Assembly (NCBI GenBank): GCA_051251855.1
Contig: JBPOGI010000001.1
Span: forward strand, 928,001-992,000
Direction: 5' to 3'
Length of the DNA stretch: 64,000 nucleotides
Source: Roseibacillus sp.
Lineage (GTDB): Bacteria; Verrucomicrobiota; Verrucomicrobiia; Verrucomicrobiales; Akkermansiaceae
Within the stretch, counting starts at the first letter, position 1. Every line of letters begins with the position of its first letter. The position numbers were made by a program, and so were the translations under genes. Under the pieces are notes generated by a model. The model made no database searches. It saw only the letters and a list, made by a program, of their open reading frames with translations, and was not told where the DNA came from. This document shows, in pieces, positions 10,771 to 17,690 of this stretch.

Positions 10771-11107
10771 GTTCGGTGGTCATTTAAAGTGAGCTGAGAC
10801 CTCCATATGTAGGGGGAGAGCCTTCGGGAGCTCTGTGTTCCGTTTCTAGGTGCAATCTTTATCTGTATTATTTGCACATCCGAAGTTTCTTGAAGGATAT
10901 GAGGCAATTCTTGGGTGGTTCCTTCGTCTGGTGAAGTTGGTCCTTGTTTCGAGAGTTCTTGGTTTTCGATCTTCAAGCGCTGCATTTTGAGCCAATAATG
11001 AACTTTTCCTCGCTTTGGGAACACGGAAAAGGGGGTTAGTACTTCATTGGAGCTTGCGGCCCATGAAGGAATCCAAAAAACTACCGCTAGCAATCTGCTC
11101 CTTTCTC

Positions 11108-13501
11108 ATGTCCACCGCCTCTAAGCAACCGACCCTTTTTGAGGTCTTTGGTCGTAGCCAAAGTCCCATCGTGCCTGAAATCAACGAGGAGGCCTTGGAT
11201 CGATTAACCAACGTTCTCACTTCTTCGGGAGATGAAATGGGGAAGGTGGTGTTGCTTCGTTCTCCGCGCGCTGGCTACGGGAAAACACTTTTGCTTCAAT
11301 CAACCCATAATCGGTTGAGCGAGTCTTTCCGCTTTTTGGCGGTAGAGCCAAGTGGAGGGGGACGTCTTGACGGGGAAGTGGTTCTAGAGAGTGTCTTACG
11401 CCAACTCTCTGAGGTTTTGCCTGCTTCAGGTGGACTAACAGAATTTGATCTGTTTGCTCGCCGTCTCTTTGCCCTCGGACTCAAACCGCTTCTTATCAGT
11501 GGAGAGATTCCAAGCCATGATCGTGAAGGTGCCTTGTTTGCGATTGAGAATCGTCCTATTGAGACCTTTGATTTTCACCATCAGCAGGCGGCGACGGCCC
11601 ATTGGACCCAAGCAAATTTTGAGGTTTTGGGACCTCGCTTGGCTTCGGAATTGAGCGAGCTTTCTGGATGTGGTCTTCGGGGCTGCGCCTACTGGGTCGA
11701 CCTTCTGTTCCGCTATGCGACTACCTCGCCGGAGAAGGTTGAGCGTAGTCGTTTGCTGAGTGAGAGTGTTTTTGGTGATCTGTCTGGTCAAGCCAAGAGC
11801 GGGGCAGAGGAGCAATTGCAGAGTCTCTTAGCCTTGTTGAGTTTGATCGACCCCGTTGTCTTGGTTTTTGATGAGACTGAGGGTCTTTCCAATCAACCAG
11901 ATGCAGGTTTGCGGGTTGCGGCTTTTGTTGTTCAGTTGCGTCAGGCCTGTCCTGCTTTGACCGTGATTCTTAGTGTGAACGAAGACGTCTGGCAGACAGG
12001 ACTAAGTCCGCTGATGCCCGGTGGACTGGAGGATCGACTGACAGAATTTGAGGTGCGGCTGAGTGAACTTTCCCGTATCGAGGCAGAGAGTCTATTGACC
12101 AGTCGATTTGGAAGTGATTCTGAAGCAATTTCTCAAAAAATGGAATGGCCTGAACCTCTGTCGGCCCGTGCTATCTTGAGGGAAGGTGCGGAGGCCGCAC
12201 GCTCACTATCTGTCGAAGAATTTTCTTTGGAGGAGGGATCGCCCTTGGCTGGGGTGGTAGCAGCTACACCTCCACCGTTGCAAGTCGCTTCGACAGAGGC
12301 GGCCGCTGAGACTTTTGAAGAGAAGGCAGAGCGCATTTTGGAGCCGAAATCTTCGTTCGAGGCTGAAACGGGGGTTGGCTTTGAGGCGGCCCCACATATT
12401 GAGGAAGGAACTGTCGAAGCCAAAGAAACAGTTCCTACTATTTCTGAGGTTCAGCCCCCCACTGAGGCTCCTCTCTCAGCCTCGTCAGATGATCCGTTTG
12501 GTGAGGCTCCTGCTTCTTCGATGAATGATGAGGTTTCAACTCCTGTGGCAGCCGTGCAAGAGGAAGCTCCTTCTCCATTTGAAATTGTGCCCGAAGTGAG
12601 AGAGCCAGCAGCTATGAGGCAGGCCCCTGAGCCTCCAGTCGATGCGACGCCTTCGCCATTTGAAGCAGTGGATGCGCAGGTAATTGAGAGCGTAGCATCA
12701 AGTGAAGGAGAGTGGTCAGCAGAAAGTGCTGTGGAGCATTTTGAAGCGGCTCGAAGTGAGCCTACTCCGGAATTCAATCCTTCCGTGCGTCATGGGGAAG
12801 AGCAGTCTGTGTCGCAACCAGCAACGGGAAGCGCATTTGACGAAGTCGCAGCCTCAGCTCAGTCACCGCTTTCTGAGCAGGTCGAACGCAGTCCATTTCA
12901 GCAATTGGAAGAAGAGAAAAGTCGCTTGGAAGCTGAGTTGAGGCACAAAGAGCTTATGGCTGCTCAGCTAAAGCAACAGCAGGAAGAAAGAGTTGCTACA
13001 GAGCTTGTTGAATCCTCGCCTTTCTCAGTCAGCGAACCTATTCAGGAAGAGCCACCAAAATTTGCTGAGCCAAGTCCCGCTGCGATTCAACACCCAGTTC
13101 AAGAAGCCGAGCCCTCTCCTTTTTCTATTCGCCCAAACGAGTTGGAGGTTGAAAAGGCTCCGGAAGTAAATCCAAGCAGCGTCCCTGTGCAGACCGTTGT
13201 GCGAGCGACCACACCTGTCGTTGAAAAAGTGGCCCCGCCGGAAACTCCGACTGCTCCTCCAGTTCAAGAGGCAAGAGTCGCTGTGACTCGAGAACCGCAG
13301 GCAGCGGCGAGTAATCCTCCTGAGGCTGCTGCTCCATCGCCTTTTGCCGCTACAGGAGCGCCAGTAAGCTCGCCCTTTGCTTCTTCGGCTGCGGCTACAG
13401 AAAGCGCGAAGACAGAGGCTCCTTCGAAGGGGCAGGAGACCGAAGATGTTGAAGAGTTACTCAATCAGTTTAAGAAGAGATTCGGGCAGCCTGATTCTTA
13501 A
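11108..13501 (+). CDS. P-loop NTPase with long disordered Pro/Glu/Ala/Ser-rich C-terminal region
   Basis: Walker A SPRAGYGKT, Walker B VLVFDE, DRL arginine-finger-like motif; ~400-aa low-complexity tail. Start at ATG 11108 preferred over TTG 11015. Confidence 0.75.
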   Translation: MSTASKQPTLFEVFGRSQSPIVPEINEEALDRLTNVLTSSGDEMGKVVLLRSPRAGYGKTLLLQSTHNRLSESFRFLAVEPSGGGRLDGEVVLESVLRQLSEVLPASGGLTEFDLFARRLFALGLKPLLISGEIPSHDREGALFAIENRPIETFDFHHQQAATAHWTQANFEVLGPRLASELSELSGCGLRGCAYWVDLLFRYATTSPEKVERSRLLSESVFGDLSGQAKSGAEEQLQSLLALLSLIDPVVLVFDETEGLSNQPDAGLRVAAFVVQLRQACPALTVILSVNEDVWQTGLSPLMPGGLEDRLTEFEVRLSELSRIEAESLLTSRFGSDSEAISQKMEWPEPLSARAILREGAEAARSLSVEEFSLEEGSPLAGVVAATPPPLQVASTEAAAETFEEKAERILEPKSSFEAETGVGFEAAPHIEEGTVEAKETVPTISEVQPPTEAPLSASSDDPFGEAPASSMNDEVSTPVAAVQEEAPSPFEIVPEVREPAAMRQAPEPPVDATPSPFEAVDAQVIESVASSEGEWSAESAVEHFEAARSEPTPEFNPSVRHGEEQSVSQPATGSAFDEVAASAQSPLSEQVERSPFQQLEEEKSRLEAELRHKELMAAQLKQQQEERVATELVESSPFSVSEPIQEEPPKFAEPSPAAIQHPVQEAEPSPFSIRPNELEVEKAPEVNPSSVPVQTVVRATTPVVEKVAPPETPTAPPVQEARVAVTREPQAAASNPPEAAAPSPFAATGAPVSSPFASSAAATESAKTEAPSKGQETEDVEELLNQFKKRFGQPDS

Positions 13502-13575
13502 GAGACTGTTCGTCTAAGATTTGAGTGAGAAAGATCTCCAATTTTGGTGGCTAAAAGTTAGTCTCCTGCGAGCCA

Positions 13576-13650
13576 GTCCCCGTAGTTCAACGGATAGAAC
13601 ACGGGTTTCCTAAACCTGAGATTCAAGTTCGATTCTTGACGGGGACGCCA
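13576..13650 (+). tRNA. tRNA-Arg(CCT)
   Basis: Acceptor stem GTCCCCG/CGGGGAC, anticodon arm CGGGT-TTCCTAA-ACCTG, TTCGATT T-loop, encoded CCA. Confidence 0.96.
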
Positions 13651-13715
13651 GCTCTTAATCTTCTTACTCAGTAATTAGTAATGAAGAATAAATACGAAAG
13701 AATTCAAAAAGGGTC

Positions 13716-13743
13716 TTGCACCCAAACGGAAGTCAGTTAACTT
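13716..13743 (+). promoter_or_regulatory. Putative sigma70 promoter of tRNA-fMet
   Basis: TTGCAC-N16-TAACTT followed by a GC-rich discriminator CCGCCTC, with an A-rich upstream region. Confidence 0.6.
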
Positions 13744-13781
13744 CCGCCTCCGGCCACGCAAGAGGCTGGAAAACATAAAGT

Positions 13782-13859
<78 letters not shown>

Positions 13860-13861
13860 CT

Positions 13862-13902
13862 GAAGGCCCTTAATCTTAACGGATTAAGGGCCTTCTCCTT
13901 TC
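13862..13902 (+). terminator. Intrinsic terminator after tRNA-fMet (supplied by the element)
   Basis: 14-bp perfect stem GAAGGCCCTTAATC/GATTAAGGGCCTTC followed by TCCTTTC. Confidence 0.85.
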
Positions 13903-13959
13903 AACGTTGGAGCTTCTCTCAATGCGGGGATATACCCTTTAAATGCAAGGTTTAGCGGT

Positions 13960-13986
13960 ATCTATTGCGGGAACTGTCGCGGGAAA
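13960..13986 (+). repeat. Putative tandem integrase arm-type sites, left end
   Basis: ATCTATTGCGGGAACTGTCGCGGGAAA; 25/27 identical to 21239-21265; two GCGGGAA units 12 bp apart. Confidence 0.75.
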
Positions 13987-14028
13987 AGTGAGCCGAAAAA
14001 AGAAGGCTCTAACTCCAAGGCTAGCGGA

Positions 14029-14661
14029 TCATTTTGCAGCGTTCCTAGTAGCTTTAAATCCTTCAAGGCTCAGAAGGCCCTTTTGATACCAACGACGGGC
14101 GAGGCTCCTTTGACGGTCTCCAACCTTTGCGCTCTTCCTTTTGTTGAGGGTGTCAGGCATGAACTCGAGATTGAAAAGGCAGTTGTCGAGCTCGGGACAG
14201 ACTGAACGGGGGATGATGTGATCTCCGGTTGCCAGCTCGCCCGCATAGGGGCCTCGCGTGATAGTGGGAGCATTTCCTCTTCTGAGCTTCTCCAAGCCTT
14301 CAGAGTCGAAACAGCCAAGGCGGGAAAGGATCGTGAGGTTTCGCAATAGCGCGGCTTTCTGTTCGGCTTGGCGAGCGGGGCTTTTGGGAAGCGCGGCGGC
14401 GTGTGCCTGGTCAATGACGGAGCCGGGATCGTGCCCTTCCTGCTCGGCAATGTGGAGCCAATAGCAGGCCTTTCGTAATCGGGGAGTTGCCGCGCGTTTC
14501 CCTGTGAGCGTGTCGAGTTTATTGGGGTCAATGAGAGGGGAAAGGATGGCAACGACCTGAGTAGTCGTCTCTGTTGGCGCGCTGGGGGCTGTGGCCTCGG
14601 TCTCTGCTCGGTCGCATCCAAAGAGGAACAGAGCTGTGAGGATGAAAAGGAGCGGGCGCAC
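14029..14661 (-). CDS. Predicted lipoprotein with C-terminal HNH/His-Me-finger nuclease motif (island cargo)
   Basis: GTG at 14661 gives the signal peptide MRPLLFILTALFLFG-C; motif GDHIIP...NLEFMPDTLNKRK; TTGATC-N17-CATAGT lies 6 nt before the GTG. Confidence 0.75.
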   Translation of the reverse strand: MRPLLFILTALFLFGCDRAETEATAPSAPTETTTQVVAILSPLIDPNKLDTLTGKRAATPRLRKACYWLHIAEQEGHDPGSVIDQAHAAALPKSPARQAEQKAALLRNLTILSRLGCFDSEGLEKLRRGNAPTITRGPYAGELATGDHIIPRSVCPELDNCLFNLEFMPDTLNKRKSAKVGDRQRSLARRWYQKGLLSLEGFKATRNAAK

Positions 14662-14840
14662 GATAGGACTATGCGGGAGTCCATACCGGTGATCAATTCC
14701 GGGGGTGCTTTTCTCTCGGGGATTGACGGGAGAACCACAAAGCTTAAGACAGAGTGCTAAATCGGTCGGATTAGTGATGCTGAAATATCCACCCTTGACT
14801 TGTATGGAACCAAGGAACCTCAATAACAATTCTTAATATT

Positions 14841-15449
14841 ATGCCGACTCAAGGTGAATTCGAACCGCTAGTATTTTTCATCGCGCTAGTCTTTTTTATG
14901 CTCGCCGGTGCTGCTTGGGAATACGTGCGACTGTTCAGAGCATGGGGGCGAACGAAATTGAACCGATTGCGACCGTCAAGTTTTGGAAATGCCTGCCTAG
15001 TCGGGATGCCGAGAAGTGGGGGAATGTGGGTTGGTTTAGTTCTAGCTCAATATTTTGGAGCTATCTTTCTGCTGATCACGGTCTTTTTCTCGTTTGTGTG
15101 GCCATCGCTTACAAGGGTAAAATCGGATTCAGGCTCATTTGGAACCCCAGATCATGTTAAGGAAAATAACCCTGCGGGAGCCCAAGGTGTTAGTGGAGAT
15201 GCGGAGGCGGTAGGGTCACAAACTCCGAAAGGACGGGCGGAGCTAATTGGCGAGTTTCTGCGAGACCGGGTTAACGTCAGGCCGGGGGAGGAAGGCAGAA
15301 GTTTCAGGTCTGATTTGGGAATGCAGAGAGGCTCACTGTTTATTTTATTAGATGAGCTCGGTGAGGATTTCGATCTCAATATTAGTGCAGACGATGCAGA
15401 TTCCGTGGACTCTATCGACGATGTCCTTGAGCTGGCTTCGAGACTGTAA
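14841..15449 (+). CDS. Membrane protein with C-terminal acyl-carrier-protein-like domain lacking the Ppant serine (island cargo)
   Basis: Two hydrophobic segments and a linker, then SFRSDLGMQRGSLFILLDELGEDFDLNISADDADSVDSIDDVLELA, which follows the ACP pattern. Confidence 0.7.
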   Translation: MPTQGEFEPLVFFIALVFFMLAGAAWEYVRLFRAWGRTKLNRLRPSSFGNACLVGMPRSGGMWVGLVLAQYFGAIFLLITVFFSFVWPSLTRVKSDSGSFGTPDHVKENNPAGAQGVSGDAEAVGSQTPKGRAELIGEFLRDRVNVRPGEEGRSFRSDLGMQRGSLFILLDELGEDFDLNISADDADSVDSIDDVLELASRL

Positions 15450-15465
15450 AAACAAAACGTCGGCC

Positions 15466-15560
15466 CCGAAAAATCAGAATAGCAAACAAAACGCCGATCC
15501 CCCTGTTTGCCTGTCCACTTGTTGGTAGATTGACCCAACGGGCGGACATTCTGATTACGG
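15466..15560 (+). other. Predicted three-way-junction nucleic acid structure between convergent island genes
   Basis: Outer stem 15472-80/15548-56 encloses hairpins 15482-15510 and 15513-15547. Confidence 0.5.
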
Positions 15561-15573
15561 CTTGCCGGCTGCG

Positions 15574-16128
15574 TCATATTTGACGAAGACGGTAAATATG
15601 ACCGTGTTCTCGAAAGATGGTCTCAATCTCTTCCACGCTGTCAGGGTTCAAGGCTTTAGCTTCACTGGGAAGTTCCCGATCTGTTTGTGCTCTTATCCAT
15701 GCTAGGGCAGCCCTCACTTCAGGGGTTTTTAGAAGGCGACTTGCACTGGCTCTTGCTCCTGCGTTGCTGCGGGCTCGGGGGAAGACAGCTTGATAGGCTT
15801 TGCGGCCATTGCAGTAGGGCCAAATGGTCAGGTAAGCCTCAGCAAACCGCCAATGTCGCATTGAGATCAGCACGGGAATCTCGCTTCGATATGGTGGGTA
15901 TTTCGCGACTAGGGTTTTGCTAACGGTTTCTACGATTTCCGATGGCCTGCCTGTTGGTGGCTTTCGTTGGTAGGTTTTGATCCATCCAAGCTCTTCGGCC
16001 TGTCGAATTTCGTTAGGGCCTATCACGTAGCTTCTCCAAAGGTCACGAATCGAAAGTCTTCCATCGTGGCGCTCTAGGACCCCGAGTAGATATTCCAAGC
16101 GCTCGCGGCAAAGGGTGTGGCCTCTCAT
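15574..16128 (-). CDS. Putative winged-helix plus terminase-small-subunit-like HTH protein
   Basis: RFAEAYL...NGRKAYQAVF...GARASASRLLKTPEVRAAL resembles the TerS N-terminal HTH; starts 2 nt after the upstream gene's stop. Confidence 0.6.
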   Translation of the reverse strand: MRGHTLCRERLEYLLGVLERHDGRLSIRDLWRSYVIGPNEIRQAEELGWIKTYQRKPPTGRPSEIVETVSKTLVAKYPPYRSEIPVLISMRHWRFAEAYLTIWPYCNGRKAYQAVFPRARSNAGARASASRLLKTPEVRAALAWIRAQTDRELPSEAKALNPDSVEEIETIFREHGHIYRLRQI

Positions 16129-16130
16129 AA

Positions 16131-17690
16131 CTAGGTAGTGACTTTCAGCTTAACTATTCCAGAAGGTCGACCGCCACCTTCGGGTTTTTTGGAAGAAATC
16201 TGTAACCGGTGAGGGAATTCTTGGGCGAGTGCCTGGACTTCTTCCTTGTCGAATCCGTGACTTTTGGAGAGGTCGCGCAGGGTTCGTTCTCCTTGGTGGT
16301 CGCTGAGAATACTTTGAAGGCGCATGAATCGCCCTCGGTGGCGGTTGCTTCTCTCGGGGGCAAGGATAGCAAGTTGTTCTTCGGCAAACCATGAGACAAT
16401 CCGCACGGCATCGCGGGCGGTGTCGGCTTCGAGGTGGAGCCTGCCAGCTTCCCGGCCATGCTTGGCGGCATGGAGAACAAGGGCAAGTCGCCAAGCGTTC
16501 TCTCCCCATCGTACAACGAAGGGAGTCACGTCTTGCAGGTCGCCATCTTTGCGGGTGCGGGCTTTGCTTTCATTTGTGAAGCGGACAAGGGCGCGGCGGG
16601 CTTCGGGGTTGGCTTGGATAGTTAGCGGCATGCCGCCATTGGCTCGGTAGTCTTCGAGAAGTTCGGCCACAAGTCCACGCCAGCTTGACAGGGTTTCGGG
16701 GGCGGGGTGATGCGGTTCCTCGGGTTCGTCGAGAGCTTCGGCTTTGGAGTCGCAAAGGAGAAAGCGCGGCAAGAGTCCGCTCTCGGTGATGGCTTCGCTC
16801 TCGGTGAGCTTGCGGGACTTGTCGGGTTGAATGAGCCACAAGATCGCAAGGCAAGGCTTGGTGAGGTGAACAGGCGGGCGGTGGACTCGGGAAACTTTGA
16901 CCGCTTCGCGAGAGTAGGCGGAAAGGTAGAGGTCTTCGTCGGAGTCCTTACCCTTGCCATATTTCCCCATCAGGACGTCAATCACTCCGCGCCCTTCGGG
17001 GGAAAGGCTAGCGAGGGCTTGGCCGGGTTGATTCTCAAGGGTGATCGCAAGCTTCTCCTTGGTGATGTCGGCAACGGAAAAACCCGGTTCGGCGGCAAGC
17101 TGGCGTTCAAGTTCGGCCTTGCGCTTTTCGAGGTCTTGAATCTCTCGCCCTGCTTGCTCTCTCTTTGATGCGTTCCCTTGGTCGCTAAGAACCTTTTCGG
17201 CTTGCTTGAAGTCCTTTTCAATCAAGCGGAGGTCTTTCTTGATGGCGGGCAGGGTTTCGCTTTCCCAGTGTCGCACCTCTTCCGCTTCGAGGTCTTGGAA
17301 GGGTTTCGCGGCCATGGAAAAGGCGCGGCCCTTTCCGGTTCCACTTTCGGCAATCCCTAAGAGAAAGAGGTTGGCCGGGGTGATGCGCCCGCCGCCTGAG
17401 TCAATAAGGAGTCCGCCGCCAAGGGATGCGGAGAGAATCCCTAACAGGTTTACCGCTGCTAAGGACTCGGGCACAAGGGCGGTTTCGACAATCTCCCTCG
17501 CCATGGTTTGCGCTGTTAGGGGGAGGGCTTCGAGTGGGAACGGCATCGAATCGAGATCGTCTTGCCCCCCTTCGGCAATACTCCCAAAACTCCCGCTATT
17601 CGGTTCGGGGACGGCTTGAAGATAGGTTTTGGGAGTTTTGGGGGTTTTGTCTGAGGGTGTTTCCTCAAATTGAAAAGTTCGGTCTTTCAT
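16131..17690 (-). CDS. DUF3987/YfjI-like replication ATPase (putative helicase) with C-terminal winged helix
   Basis: PFPLEALP, PANLF, Walker A AESGTGK, coiled coil, DITKEKL, IQP, SGLLPRFL. ATG 17690 overlaps the primase stop (ATGA). Confidence 0.85.
   Translation of the reverse strand: MKDRTFQFEETPSDKTPKTPKTYLQAVPEPNSGSFGSIAEGGQDDLDSMPFPLEALPLTAQTMAREIVETALVPESLAAVNLLGILSASLGGGLLIDSGGGRITPANLFLLGIAESGTGKGRAFSMAAKPFQDLEAEEVRHWESETLPAIKKDLRLIEKDFKQAEKVLSDQGNASKREQAGREIQDLEKRKAELERQLAAEPGFSVADITKEKLAITLENQPGQALASLSPEGRGVIDVLMGKYGKGKDSDEDLYLSAYSREAVKVSRVHRPPVHLTKPCLAILWLIQPDKSRKLTESEAITESGLLPRFLLCDSKAEALDEPEEPHHPAPETLSSWRGLVAELLEDYRANGGMPLTIQANPEARRALVRFTNESKARTRKDGDLQDVTPFVVRWGENAWRLALVLHAAKHGREAGRLHLEADTARDAVRIVSWFAEEQLAILAPERSNRHRGRFMRLQSILSDHQGERTLRDLSKSHGFDKEEVQALAQEFPHRLQISSKKPEGGGRPSGIVKLKVTT
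17580..17651. repeat. Iteron-like repeats in the 5' end of the DUF3987-like gene
   Basis: GTTTTGGG at 17626 and 17635, GTTTTGTC at 17644 (9-bp period); inverted CTCCCAAAACTCCC at 17581-17594. Confidence 0.55.

Noticed and set aside
10771..11107. Intergenic hairpins with GCTGAGA and GGAGAG-CCTTCGGG resembling TPP or glycine riboswitch fragments; ORF 10755-11093
   Set aside because: The remaining conserved aptamer elements are missing, the downstream gene does not fit, and the ORF has no coding features.
14662..14829. N-terminal 56 codons of the 266-aa ORF call
   Set aside because: The GTG at 14661 gives a clean lipoprotein signal with a promoter just upstream; the extension spans the divergent promoter region.
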